This document shows positions 33,975 to 43,908 of a stretch of DNA of 64,000 nucleotides, in pieces. A program made the translations under genes and the position numbers. This DNA comes from Pelagomonas calceolata (taxonomy: Eukaryota): the NCBI GenBank assembly GCA_918797485.1, contig CAKKNE010000004.1:2914001-2978000 (forward strand), given 5' to 3'. Each line of letters opens with the position of its first letter. Position 1 is the stretch's first letter. The notes beneath the pieces were generated by a model, which did not search any database, was not told where the DNA came from, and worked only from the letters and a program-made list of their open reading frames with translations.

Positions 33975-35180
33975 TTACTGTGCTAAGCGTAGGCGGCGCC
34001 GCTCCCAGAGTTTGCGCCACTTCCTCTTCCGCCGTTGGAGGGCGTACTCGAGGACGTGGACCGCGTCGTTCAGAATCCTCCACTGGCCGAGCCGGTAGAT
34101 TGCGACCGAGGCCTCGGGGCCCGGCGGAGCTAGCAGCGCTTTGTCGCGGCGGCACGTGGCGTCGAAGGGTCCCACCGCTTTGCGGCACGCGCGGAGGATC
34201 GCGGTGAGCACAATGCGCGTCTCCGGTTCTAACCGCACGCGGTCCTCATTCCGCCGGAACGCCTGGAGTACGAGCGCGCGAGCGTCGAGGATGACCTCCG
34301 GCGAGGAGGCGAAGCTCTCGTAGAGCCCCCAAGGAAACTGGTCGTCGCCGCCGGCCGGACAGATGTCGAAGATACCGCTGGCGACGCTGAGCGCAAAGGT
34401 CTCGTGTCGCGAGCCCCGGAGCGCGAAGCCATGCGACATCAAGTGGTCCGCGTTCGACACCTCCCCGTAGTTTGTGACGATCTCGGCGCCCACCTCAATT
34501 CCCGGAGCACAAAGCCGCACGTAGCCGTCCGAGGCCCGCGGCGTCGCCTCGGCCGCGCCGTCGGCGTGATTCCGGAGGTCCAGCAGCGGGCAGAGCACGC
34601 CGCAGGCGCCGCCCTCGTTATTTAAGATCTCGGCCCGGAACGCGCGCGTCACGACCATCTCGCGCGCCCAGCGCACGTCCGCCGCCGACAGCTCGCCGAA
34701 GAGGTCCGGCCGCGCCTCCCGGAGCTGCGGGAGCAGGTCGCCGATGGCCGCGCGCACCTCGCGCCGCTCGCGCTCGACGCGGTCGCCGAGGGCCGTACCC
34801 TTCAGGAGTCGTCTTGCGGCTTTGGAAAACGTGCTGGCGCTTTGGGAGCCGGCCGGCAGCGACGCCAGGTAGGCGTGCTGCGGGTGAGTGGCGTCGGAGC
34901 GTCCCGTCGCCGCGTCCAGGACCAGCACAAATTCATCGGCGCAGTCCGGGAGGACCTCTCTGGCAGCGCGGCCGACCGGTCTCGTAAGAGCGGCGGTGGC
35001 CGTCACGCAGCACTCGACGGGTATGCGTGCGATCGACGTCGTCTCGACGGGTGCCGCGAGGAAGACGCCCAAGCCGCCGTAGGCCGTCCGCTTGACTTCT
35101 ACGTTGTCGAGGCCTTCGGCTCCGGCCGCGCGGAGCCAGGTGAGCATCGCTTGTGTCCTTGCTAGCTGGGAGTGCTCCAT
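33975..35180 (-). CDS. SET-domain lysine methyltransferase (Rubisco LSMT/SETD3-like)
   Basis: GLGVF, YLASLP, WAREMVVTRAF, PLLDLRNH, EIVTNYG..SNADHLMSHGF. Confidence 0.88.
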   Translation of the reverse strand: MEHSQLARTQAMLTWLRAAGAEGLDNVEVKRTAYGGLGVFLAAPVETTSIARIPVECCVTATAALTRPVGRAAREVLPDCADEFVLVLDAATGRSDATHPQHAYLASLPAGSQSASTFSKAARRLLKGTALGDRVERERREVRAAIGDLLPQLREARPDLFGELSAADVRWAREMVVTRAFRAEILNNEGGACGVLCPLLDLRNHADGAAEATPRASDGYVRLCAPGIEVGAEIVTNYGEVSNADHLMSHGFALRGSRHETFALSVASGIFDICPAGGDDQFPWGLYESFASSPEVILDARALVLQAFRRNEDRVRLEPETRIVLTAILRACRKAVGPFDATCRRDKALLAPPGPEASVAIYRLGQWRILNDAVHVLEYALQRRKRKWRKLWERRRLRLAQ

Positions 35181-35382
35181 CCCGTCTTCAGACCGCCTTA
35201 TGACGCTGCAGCAACCTTGTGCACGATCAGGCCGCCTTGCACAAGGTTGTGAGGCTGCAGCAGCCTTACCTAGGTAGGCACAAGATCAGTCCGCCTTATG
35301 AGGCTGCAGCAGCCTTGTGCATCGCGTATCGTGCATTATTTGCAGCAATGCGGCCTACAAAAGTGCTGGAGGCAGGAGCTTG

Positions 35383-35403
35383 CTAGTGTCTTACTGCCGC
35401 TAG
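35383..35403. promoter_or_regulatory. Recurrent CTAG-bounded motif, copy 5
   Basis: CTAGTGTCTTACTGCCGCTAG with flanking GCTTG/CAAGC extending the inverted repeat; divergent intergenic. Confidence 0.6.
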
Positions 35404-35487
35404 CAAGCCCCGGCACCGCTTTAGTTTTTTTGAAAAAACGTAGCCTTTCGGCCCTCTAGAGACACCATCGCTTGCACGCAAGCAGCC

Positions 35488-36267
35488 ATGGCCTCCACCG
35501 ACCTCTACGCCCTCCTCAAAGTGGACAAAGACGTGCAGCCTCCGCAGCTCAAAAAGGCGTACTACGCACTGGCGCGCAAGGTGCATCCCGACAAGCGCCC
35601 CGGGGACGAGCAGGCGAAAGCGGACTTCCTGGCGCTGAAGAAGGCCTACGACATCTTGTGCGACCCGGTGCGCCGCCGCCGCTACGACCGCACGGGCTCC
35701 GTCGAGGACGACGCCGACTTCGCGGCGGCCTACGAGCATTATAGAGGCATCCCCGTGTCCGAGGAGGACATCCGCGCGACGGAGGCCGAGTACCGCCACT
35801 CGGACGAGGAGCGCACCGACGTGGTCGAGTACGCGCGGAAGCATTCGGGCGACGTGGCGCGCATCCTCGAGTCCATCATCGGCTCGACCGACGACGACGC
35901 CGAGCGCTACCGGACGATTCTCGAGGACGCGCTGCGGGCCGGCGACCTGCCGAAAAAGCACAAGAAGCCCATCGCCAAAGCCACGATCCTCACGCTCGCC
36001 GAGCTCGAGGCCGACGCCGAGGAAATGTCGTCCAGCGAGGAGGACGACGACGACGACGAGAAGGTCGACCTCGCGCCGCCGGCGGAGGTCGCGACCGCGC
36101 GCGCCGCCGCGGCCTCGGACGAGCCGTCCTCGGATTTATTGGCCATGTTCGCGTCGCGGCGCGCCGAGCGGCAGCAGGGCTTCGACGCGTTCGCCGCGAA
36201 GTGGGAACGGATCTCTGCCGAGGAGGAGGCAGCGGCGCCGAAGAAGAAGTCCAAGAAGCGTCGGTAA
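35488..36267 (+). CDS. DnaJ-domain protein, DNAJC9-like
   Basis: J domain with HPD (KVHPDK); YRHSDEERTDV; acidic stretch and C-terminal NLS-like PKKKSKKRR. Confidence 0.9.
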   Translation: MASTDLYALLKVDKDVQPPQLKKAYYALARKVHPDKRPGDEQAKADFLALKKAYDILCDPVRRRRYDRTGSVEDDADFAAAYEHYRGIPVSEEDIRATEAEYRHSDEERTDVVEYARKHSGDVARILESIIGSTDDDAERYRTILEDALRAGDLPKKHKKPIAKATILTLAELEADAEEMSSSEEDDDDDEKVDLAPPAEVATARAAAASDEPSSDLLAMFASRRAERQQGFDAFAAKWERISAEEEAAAPKKKSKKRR

Positions 36268-36280
36268 TTTAGTATTTCAA

Positions 36281-37675
36281 TTACAACTCCTCCCCGCTCA
36301 CGAACTCCCTTCCAGAATCCGCCGCGGCCCACCGCTCGGTCCCCAACCTAAGTGCTTCGTCGAGCGCCCGGTCCGTCATCGACGGCTTCCCCGCGGGCCA
36401 GACCTCGCCGAGCTCGCGCTGGACCCAGGCCGCTAAATCATCATAGGTCGCGTTCAGGGACAGGGCTCTATGAAAGGCCGCGGCCTGCGCGACGGCCACG
36501 CCAACTTCCTGGCGCGAGATATGTCGGTCCCCATTTAAATCGATGTCGCCGTAGGCCAGCCGCTTCCTTTCTGAAGGCCGCTCGCGCGGCGCCGGGCACC
36601 TTGATTGCGCCCCCGGGCACTCGCGCGAGAACCGCGACTCGACGGCGCACGCGGGCGGGTGCGCGCCGGCGTTGAAGATGGCGTCTGCCAAATGCCACGA
36701 CGGCGGCCGCGCGCCCCGCGCGGACGCGTCGTCCAGCGCGCCCGCAATATCTAGACACAGCAAACAGGGGTCCGTCACCTCGGCGTCCGGCGCGCGGCCG
36801 TGGCCGCGGTAGCCGCACGTTCTAGCACCTAAAGGTGCCAACCGATGCGTCATCGTCTCCACGTACTTGTCGCAGAAATCCCGCAGCAACCTTTTTTTGT
36901 GCGCATGGTCGAAGAAGAAGCCGAACGCCGCGACGATGGGCTCCTCCCCCATAATTTTTGTCGCCCGCAGCGCCCCAACCGGCGCGTAGACCCAGTCGCC
37001 TGCTTTGGCAAGTGTTTTGTACAACGTCACGTTCGCCTCGTTTAATGCACTATCATCAAAAGCATCGAACGGCCCGTTGAAATCGGGGTTCGGGTCGTTG
37101 ATGATCAACGGGTCTGAACCGGTAGCGAACTTCGGCCGCCACTCCTCGATGCGCATGATCCGTATATCGACTTTCCCGGCTACGACCTTGAACCACCAGG
37201 GCAGCATCTGGTCGCTACCGTGCATCTGCGTCCCGCCGTGCTTCCGCCCCAGAGCTAGCGACGGCCAGTACTTCCTCTGAAATTCGGAGAAGCGGTGACG
37301 GTCGTCCCTCAGAAACGGCGGCATCGACACGTCGAGGTCCGGGCACCAACACTTCAGATCCAAACCCATGCCGTACTTGGCCGACTCGTCTTGTACAAAT
37401 TCGTGGACCGTGCAGGGCTTCGCATCACTAAAACCCGCCCAGCCCTTGCCCTCGGCGTGTAGTTCATAGGCCTCCATGGGCCCGTCGGGGCACATTTCTC
37501 CTAGTTCATCGAACGTCGGGCCGTCCTCATTTCCCCGCATGACGACGGGCAGCCCCTTCCGCGCGTAGCGCTTTCTAAAATTCTTGGCGCTGAGCCTGTT
37601 CGCTTCGCCCTCCTCTGGCATGTCTTGGACCAGTGCCATGGCGCTGCCTAGGGCAGCCCATAGTGCCCAATTCAT
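36281..37675 (-). CDS. Secreted or ER JmjC/cupin-like protein with C-terminal EF-hand-like loop
   Basis: Signal peptide MNWALWAALGSAMA; FRKRYARKGLPVVMRG; GTQMHGSD; AGDWVYAPVG; DIDLNGDRHISRQE; ends in GEEL. Confidence 0.7.
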   Translation of the reverse strand: MNWALWAALGSAMALVQDMPEEGEANRLSAKNFRKRYARKGLPVVMRGNEDGPTFDELGEMCPDGPMEAYELHAEGKGWAGFSDAKPCTVHEFVQDESAKYGMGLDLKCWCPDLDVSMPPFLRDDRHRFSEFQRKYWPSLALGRKHGGTQMHGSDQMLPWWFKVVAGKVDIRIMRIEEWRPKFATGSDPLIINDPNPDFNGPFDAFDDSALNEANVTLYKTLAKAGDWVYAPVGALRATKIMGEEPIVAAFGFFFDHAHKKRLLRDFCDKYVETMTHRLAPLGARTCGYRGHGRAPDAEVTDPCLLCLDIAGALDDASARGARPPSWHLADAIFNAGAHPPACAVESRFSRECPGAQSRCPAPRERPSERKRLAYGDIDLNGDRHISRQEVGVAVAQAAAFHRALSLNATYDDLAAWVQRELGEVWPAGKPSMTDRALDEALRLGTERWAAADSGREFVSGEEL

Positions 37676-37833
37676 GGCTGCTGCGTCGCAGCGATGGCGT
37701 GTCGGTGGCGCCGCGACCCCGTCGACGCGTGCCAAATCCCGTCACAATCGCCACACGGCGCTTTCGTGCGCCGGAGACGATCGATCTTCCACAGAGCGGG
37801 CTAGAGGGGCTACCTAGGTCAAAGACGTAGCGT

Positions 37834-37868
37834 AGGGGCTCCACCCACTAGTTCTAGCACCGTAACAT
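37834..37868 (-). other. Conserved 35-bp post-stop element, copy 2
   Basis: AGGGGCTCCACCCACTAGTTCTAGCACCGTAACAT, 33/35 identical to 48369-48403. Confidence 0.65.
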
Positions 37869-37939
37869 GACTGACGTAGCCAGTTTAGGCATGGCGAGCC
37901 GCCAGGAGAAGATCAACCTAGAAAACTCTTAGTACGGCC

Positions 37940-39673
37940 TCAGTCGGGCCGGGCCGGGCTGAGGAGCGCCTCGTTCGCGCGCGAGTCGAAGGGCGTTTTT
38001 GGGCGGTGGATCGTGACCTGGCGCCGCGCGCCGACGGTGCGGTCCACGGGCAGGTCGAGGTTGCCTCCATGAAAGCCGACGGCGTCCGAACTACTGGAAA
38101 GGCGCCGCCGGCCCGTCTTCGGCGTGGCCGTCGCCTCGAGCTCTGAGGTGGTTGGCCGCCGAAAAGTTGAGGTCCGGCGCGGCGCGATGGCGTTCGTCGC
38201 GAGGCGGCCGCGCGTCGGCGTTGTTTGTTCTTTCAGGATAGATCGAGGTCGCACCAACGGCCGCGGCTTGACGCACGGCGACAGCACCAAGGAAGACGGC
38301 CGCCGCTGGACGTGCGGCACCTCCAGAGCATCGAGCCCGAGCTCCTCCCTTGCTTTCCGCTCCCGCACCATGGAGTAGCTGTCTTTACCGCGATGCTTCG
38401 ACGGCCTGTACCCTCCCCGAAAGGACAAGCGCACGGCGTCCCTCTTGGGCGCGGCGCCGTCGTGCAACGCGACGAAGGACGCCTTCAGATCGACACTACC
38501 TTCCTCCAGCGTGTCCATGGCCGGCGGTTCATGTAAAACCTTTCGCAATGACAGGGCCTTCTCGTTCGCGGCACGCTCGACGTTCCGCGCGTCCTCCATA
38601 AACGTCGCCCAGCCGTACGTGAATTCGGTGGAATCAATACAGCCGTCGCCGCCCTCGGCGCCCGTCCTTGCGGACTTGTCAAACGCTGAAAACACGGCGC
38701 CCATCTCCTGGGGGGTCATGCTCAATTTGTAGGACTTTTTCAGCTGGTCCCTTAATTCTGCGGGCGTCATCGTCCCGCCGAAGGATCGGCGAGCCGCCAC
38801 GTCGCCGACCAACCCCCGGTTCGACGCCGCCTCCCGCAACTTCTTCCTCGCAGATGCTTCATCTTCTGCGGTAAACGGCGCAGTGACAACTTTATATCTT
38901 TCTCTCAGGTCTTCAGAGGAACTCCGGTTGAATTTTTCAACGGCCTCCTGGCGCTCTTTTTCAGCTACAGCTTGTAACCTATTCAGCTCGACCATGCGCA
39001 GCCGATAGCCTTGCGCGAAGAACCACTGGACAAACTTTGGACCATCAAAGTATTTTTCATCAATTTCAAAGTGGTCCGCGAAGGCGTTCGCCTCCGACGT
39101 CGTCAGGTGGCAGTTCGTCGAGATCCTTATTCTACGTTTCACGTCTGTTTTCAAGAACTCAGCGCCTTCGAACGCAACAAAAGCCGCCGACGGCTTGAGT
39201 AAACCCTTCGGTCCCGACCACCCATCAAAACCGGACCCGCGCGCGAAGAAGACGGCCGCCTTTTCCAGTTTTTGTATTGCTCTTTCCAGAGCCGCATCTT
39301 TGTTCTCCCTCAGAGCCTTCGCGTCCGGAGCTTCGAGCCACCGCGTCGTCTTGAGTCCCGGCGGGTCCGACTCGATGACCAGATCCTCGACACCTTCATG
39401 AATGGCGAACGCATCAAAAATCGTCGGCTCGCGCTGCGCGACCTCGTGCCGCCGGCGCCTCGCTCTTTCATCCGCCAAGGCGCGCTTCATCTTGCGCAGG
39501 GGCTGGACCTCGTCGAGGGCCGAGTCCAATAACCCGGACGTGAGGAGCTGGCTCGTCCGCGAGAGCTTCTTGCGCCTTACGACCGACGCCTGGGGGCCCA
39601 CTAGAGCTTCATCCGCGGGGGGCTGCCGTTCCAGCGTGCGGAGCATGGCCGCGTGGCAGCCCCAGGTCGACAT
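37940..39673 (-). CDS. Hypothetical protein with degenerate EF-hand-like motifs
   Basis: 577-aa ORF; MTPQEMGAVFSAFDK...DGCIDSTEF. Confidence 0.75.
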   Translation of the reverse strand: MSTWGCHAAMLRTLERQPPADEALVGPQASVVRRKKLSRTSQLLTSGLLDSALDEVQPLRKMKRALADERARRRRHEVAQREPTIFDAFAIHEGVEDLVIESDPPGLKTTRWLEAPDAKALRENKDAALERAIQKLEKAAVFFARGSGFDGWSGPKGLLKPSAAFVAFEGAEFLKTDVKRRIRISTNCHLTTSEANAFADHFEIDEKYFDGPKFVQWFFAQGYRLRMVELNRLQAVAEKERQEAVEKFNRSSSEDLRERYKVVTAPFTAEDEASARKKLREAASNRGLVGDVAARRSFGGTMTPAELRDQLKKSYKLSMTPQEMGAVFSAFDKSARTGAEGGDGCIDSTEFTYGWATFMEDARNVERAANEKALSLRKVLHEPPAMDTLEEGSVDLKASFVALHDGAAPKRDAVRLSFRGGYRPSKHRGKDSYSMVRERKAREELGLDALEVPHVQRRPSSLVLSPCVKPRPLVRPRSILKEQTTPTRGRLATNAIAPRRTSTFRRPTTSELEATATPKTGRRRLSSSSDAVGFHGGNLDLPVDRTVGARRQVTIHRPKTPFDSRANEALLSPARPD

Positions 39674-40120
39674 GGTTGCCGTGCTTCTCGGTGCCCAGCC
39701 TTTGTAGCTTGTGTGCCGTGCGCCGTGCGAGAGGGGCGCGCCTCTTGGCGCTGCAGCTGGGAGACGAGGCTAGAGCGTTACCATCCGGGTAGCCGTATCG
39801 GTCCTAGGCATGTTTCTTTATTACGTTTTGGGGGCTTCAGATACTTGTGCTGCGCAAGGAAACCCGCACTCTGGAAAGTAGAGACCTGAGGAGCAAGCTG
39901 GAAAGTATCGTACGCGGCGTGTGGACCAAAAAAATATAGTCTAGACTGGGGCACAACCAGGCGGCACCTCGGCCCGTCGAAATCGCCATCGATCCGCAAC
40001 GATTTTCGCTATTTTGCTGCAGGACTGTTTTTTGCCCAGGGTTTACGCGCGCGCGCCGCCTCATATCAGCACGGATTCTCCTCATATCAAGGATTCTCCG
40101 TCTCGCGCAGGTCTTCCGCA

Positions 40121-40447
40121 ATGGCTCGCCTCGTCAAAACCATCTTCGCGCTCGCGCTCGCGTCGGCGGCCGCGAACGACTCGACCGTCACGATCGACGG
40201 CCACAGCTTCGACGGCGGTCCGTGCACGCCTGAACAAAACCGGTGCAGCGACGGCGCCTGCTGCTATTCCGACGCCTGGTGCTGCGAGGGCATGCCCGGC
40301 GTCGGCAAAGTATCGGTCAACGGAAGGACGTGTTACCAGATGAACGACGAGGGCCAGTGCGGGAGCGGGGGCGGGAGCGACGCCGCGGCGCCGCGCGCCG
40401 GCATCGCCCTACTCGCCCTCGGGGCGCTCGCCGTCGCCGCCGCGTAG
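40121..40447 (+). CDS. Small secreted 8-Cys protein, putatively GPI-anchored
   Basis: Signal peptide; C-C-CC-CC-C-C pattern; GSGGGSDAA spacer then a hydrophobic C-terminus. Confidence 0.8.
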   Translation: MARLVKTIFALALASAAANDSTVTIDGHSFDGGPCTPEQNRCSDGACCYSDAWCCEGMPGVGKVSVNGRTCYQMNDEGQCGSGGGSDAAAPRAGIALLALGALAVAAA

Positions 40448-40477
40448 ACGGCCTAAAGGGCCGCTAGAAGAAGTTAC

Positions 40478-42337
40478 TCACGCGTCCCACCGCTTGCTGT
40501 GGACGTAGTCCCCGGCGGGCCCGCGCACCGTCGCGTGGTTCGACTTCTCCTTCTCGGCCTGGACGAGCGTGCGCCACTCGGCCATGACGGTCTCGTCTCC
40601 CTTCATGTCGTGCGCGTCGAGCAGCTTGGCGCCCTCGTCGGCGTGGCGCAGGTCGTCGCCCGCCTCCGCGCGCAGCAACGCGAGCTCCGACTCCTTCGCG
40701 TCGAGCTCGGCCTGCTGCCGCCGCACGGACGCGCCGTGCGCGGCGCGCTCCGCGCCCAAGGCGCGCTGCAGCGCCGCCAGCGCGTCGGCGTAGGACGCGC
40801 AGTCCGTCCGTAATTCGTCGGCCGCCGCGCGCTTGTCGCTCAGCACGAGCTCGGCCCGCCGCGCCTGGGCCATGGCCCGCGCGTCCGTGAGGTCGTCTCT
40901 TACGGAAGCCTGGACGGGCTCCTCGCCGTGGTCCACGACGACGGCAGCCATGGCCCGCCGGTGATCCTTTTCCAGGGCCGCCAACCTATTTTTCTTGTTC
41001 TGCAGCGCGGCCTCGGCGCGTTTATTGGCTTCAGCCAACAACCGTCGTAGTCGCTCCGCCTCGTCGTCCAAGCGGCGCGCCGAATCGTCCTCCGCCACTA
41101 ATCTATCGCAGGCTTCGCGGCCCTCGCGCCGCGCGCGCTCCGTCGCGTCCAGGACGGCCTCTTCCATTTCACGCGCGCGCCGCTTCCTTCGCTTCTCTAA
41201 AGCTTTCTTCCTTTCAGCCTGCAGTTTTTCCAGATCCTTGTCGCGGCGCTGCTCCAGGGCCGCTCGATTTTTGGGAGCCTCCTTGTCTAGTTTTTTTGCT
41301 GCGTTTGTCGCGTCCTTGATGATCTTCTCGAGGCGCGCCATCGCATCTCTTAACGACGCCAGGTCTCGCGCCTGCTGCTCTCTCTTAATTCGGGCGTCGG
41401 CCTCGAGGGCGTCCACCTCCCCATCAGCCGCGGCCTCGCGGCCGTCGCTCGCCATTCTCAATTCGTGCGCGTGCGTCTCGCGCCGCCGCTTCATATCGGC
41501 GTCGTGCTGCTTCTTCGCGTCCTTCAAAGCGCGGTCATGTCTCTTCTTCGCGTCGGCCAACGCCTTCAGCAGCGCCTCGATCTCGTCCTGGAGCGTTTTC
41601 TTCGCGCGGTCGCCCGCTTCATTCTTGGCTTTGAGCTGCCGCGCGAGCTCGGCCTGGGCCTGGGCGAGGGCGTCGCGCGCCGCCGCCGCGACCTCGGCCG
41701 CGTGCCGCGTCCGCTGGTCCTCGAGGCGCCGTTCTAACCCTTCGAGGTCGATCGTTAAGTTCGACTGGTCCCCCTTTAACAAGTCCCGCTTCGATCGGGC
41801 CTCGTCGATGAGGCGCTTTTTCGCGTCGAGTTCCTGCTTCGACGCCGCCTCGAGCTTGGACCTTAATAGCAGTAGTAATTGGGTCTCGAGCGTTTTTACA
41901 GAAGCGTCGTAGGTCGCGTCGACGTCCGCCAGCGACTTTTTAAAAGCAGTCTGCTCGCGCTGCAGCCCAGTCGCTTCCTTAGTTTGCGCGTCGCGGACCT
42001 CGGCGACGCGCGTCCGGTGCGCGGCGCGCGACGCCGCCGTCGCCCGCGTCAATTTGTTGTACTGGGCCTTCAGACCGTCCAGGTCCCCTACAACATCGTC
42101 GGAGTCGTCGTTGGTGAAGAGCACCTCCTCGTGCTGGGACCGGTGCGCCTCGCGCGTCGCGTGCGCGGCGTCGAGCTCGGTCGTTTTCGTGGCATATTTC
42201 AACTGGAGCGCGGCGAGCTCGCGGCTGTGCACGGCGTCGGCGGCGACCTGGTGGCTCAGGATCTTCGAGGCGAGGTTGGCGTCTTCCAGGCCGGCCGTGA
42301 GGTGCGTCGTCGTGGTGGTGGTGGCCATGGTTGCCAT
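40478..42337 (-). CDS. Long coiled-coil protein
   Basis: Heptad-rich E/K/R/A/L sequence over about 600 aa; ATG at 42337 (MATMATTTT). Confidence 0.78.
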   Translation of the reverse strand: MATMATTTTTTHLTAGLEDANLASKILSHQVAADAVHSRELAALQLKYATKTTELDAAHATREAHRSQHEEVLFTNDDSDDVVGDLDGLKAQYNKLTRATAASRAAHRTRVAEVRDAQTKEATGLQREQTAFKKSLADVDATYDASVKTLETQLLLLLRSKLEAASKQELDAKKRLIDEARSKRDLLKGDQSNLTIDLEGLERRLEDQRTRHAAEVAAAARDALAQAQAELARQLKAKNEAGDRAKKTLQDEIEALLKALADAKKRHDRALKDAKKQHDADMKRRRETHAHELRMASDGREAAADGEVDALEADARIKREQQARDLASLRDAMARLEKIIKDATNAAKKLDKEAPKNRAALEQRRDKDLEKLQAERKKALEKRRKRRAREMEEAVLDATERARREGREACDRLVAEDDSARRLDDEAERLRRLLAEANKRAEAALQNKKNRLAALEKDHRRAMAAVVVDHGEEPVQASVRDDLTDARAMAQARRAELVLSDKRAAADELRTDCASYADALAALQRALGAERAAHGASVRRQQAELDAKESELALLRAEAGDDLRHADEGAKLLDAHDMKGDETVMAEWRTLVQAEKEKSNHATVRGPAGDYVHSKRWDA

Positions 42338-42628
42338 GGCTGCTTCGGGCTTGGCGTGGACTTCGAACCGAGGCTGCCCTGCGTCTTTTCCGGGGCGCGG
42401 GCACACCGAAATCCGTGCCTGATTTCGTGTCCTCCTTGTGCAGAGGCAGCCAATTCGTCGAACCCCGTCCCTTCTCCGGACGCGTCCCAGCGAGCATGGA
42501 CCGTCTCCGGGCGCCGTCGACCTCTCGCGACGCTTGCGAGCAAAATGCGTCGTTGGCCTCAGCGCCACTGACAACGCGGACGCGAGCCGGAACGACAGAT
42601 GAATCAGACACAACAACTATGTTTAAAC

Positions 42629-43573
42629 TCACGGCCCACCGCCGCGCCGCCGCTTCTCCCACGTCTGCTGCGCATGCTTCTTCCGCCGCTGCTCGTCGCG
42701 GCGCGCGCGCCGCTCGCGGTCCGCGAGGCGCCGCCGCGCGCGGGCCACGGCCCGCCGCCAGAGCCCGCCCCCGACCTGGCGGATGATGTTCACGAAGAAC
42801 GGCAGGAGCCGCGGGTTCTGGAGCACGACGCGCGCCGCGATGCCTATGACGGCCGTCGCGAGCGGCGCGACGCCCCGCAGCACCCAGACCGCCGCGCCGG
42901 GCCACCTTAACAACACGAGCGCGGGCACGACGACGCTCACGATGAGCCCCGACCGCCGCTTGACGACGTCGAGCGCGTCGCCGAGGCGCCGGTGCGTCAC
43001 CGCCGCCGAAAACTCCTCGACGTCCTCGTCGAGCGCGGCGTACTCCTCCTCCCACCAGGCCTGGGCCGCCTCCAATAACGCGCCGGCGTCGGCCCAGGCC
43101 TCGGCCCACGTCGCCGCCGCCTGCGCCGCGCTCTGCTGCGCGCTCTGCTGGCGCGGCCGGCCGTAGCCGGGATCCGTGTCCTGGAAGCGCGCGCGCGCGT
43201 CGTAGGCCGCGCGCGCGCCCGAGTCCTTGATCTCGTCGTAGGCCGCGGAGAGCTCCTGGAACTTTTTGGTGGCGGTCGGGTCGTTGGGGCGGAGGTCGGG
43301 GTGCCACTCCTTGGCCTTGCGCAGGTAGGCGACCTTGTAGTCGCGGTCCGTCAGGCCGCGCGCGACGCCGAGGACCGCGTACGCGTCGGGCGCGCGCGTC
43401 GCGAGGTACCGCGCGACGACGGGCGGCGGCGGCCTCAAGCGCGCCGCGTCGCGCGCGCGGTCCACCGCGGCGACGAGTGATGGAGCGCGGTCCGCCGCGG
43501 CGACGAGTGATGAGGCGTGGTGCCGCTGCGTGCTGATGCGTAGGAGCAGCGCAGGACGATGCAGGCGTCCCAT
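42629..43573 (-). CDS. DnaJ-domain membrane protein, probably mitochondrial (start uncertain, 43573-43630)
   Basis: DAYAVLGV...KAKEWHPD...KFQELSAAYDEI; hydrophobic C-terminal helices; Arg-rich leader. Confidence 0.85.
   Translation of the reverse strand: MGRLHRPALLLRISTQRHHASSLVAAADRAPSLVAAVDRARDAARLRPPPPVVARYLATRAPDAYAVLGVARGLTDRDYKVAYLRKAKEWHPDLRPNDPTATKKFQELSAAYDEIKDSGARAAYDARARFQDTDPGYGRPRQQSAQQSAAQAAATWAEAWADAGALLEAAQAWWEEEYAALDEDVEEFSAAVTHRRLGDALDVVKRRSGLIVSVVVPALVLLRWPGAAVWVLRGVAPLATAVIGIAARVVLQNPRLLPFFVNIIRQVGGGLWRRAVARARRRLADRERRARRDEQRRKKHAQQTWEKRRRGGGP
43455..43514. repeat. 30-bp tandem duplication in the DnaJ leader
   Basis: GCGCGGTCC(A/G)CCGCGGCGACGAGTGATG twice; encodes SLVAAADRA and SLVAAVDRA. 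Confidence 0.8.
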
Positions 43574-43707
43574 GACGGCCGCAGCGGTGCACGAATGGCT
43601 CCATTGTTGCGCGCGTCGGGCCAGTAGCATTGTGAAGCGGCTATGTATTCACGGCAGAGGTATCCACGGCTTCCATGCGGCGCAAATCGACGAGTTAAAA
43701 CGTTGAC

Positions 43708-43726
43708 CTAGCGGCAGAGGTACTAG
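43708..43726. promoter_or_regulatory. Recurrent CTAG-bounded motif, copy 6 (degenerate)
   Basis: Reverse complement reads CTAGTACCTCTGCCGCTAG; divergent intergenic. Confidence 0.45.
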
Positions 43727-43876
43727 CCAGTTTCGTGTTTGTGTTTTCGAAGGCCAGCACGAGACGCAGGCACGCCGGGCAGCCCAACGCGAAGTCAAGC
43801 ACGTCCACACGCCCCATTGCTGCGCGGGAGGCACCAGTGGGCCGCCTTGCATCCCTAGTGTACCAGCGGGCTGCAT

Positions 43877-43908
43877 AGGACACGCATCCGAAAGGACACG
43901 CATCCGAA
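43877..43908 (+). repeat. Exact 16-bp tandem duplication abutting a start codon
   Basis: AGGACACGCATCCGAA twice, immediately followed by the ATG at 43909. Confidence 0.85.

Noticed and set aside
41979..43604. 541-aa Arg/Gly/Ala-rich ORF and many similar overlapping ORFs (e.g. 60411-62195, 54190-55395, 28512-29510, 30995-32005)
   Set aside because: Off-frame or antisense shadows of real genes, expected in very GC-rich DNA with few stop codons
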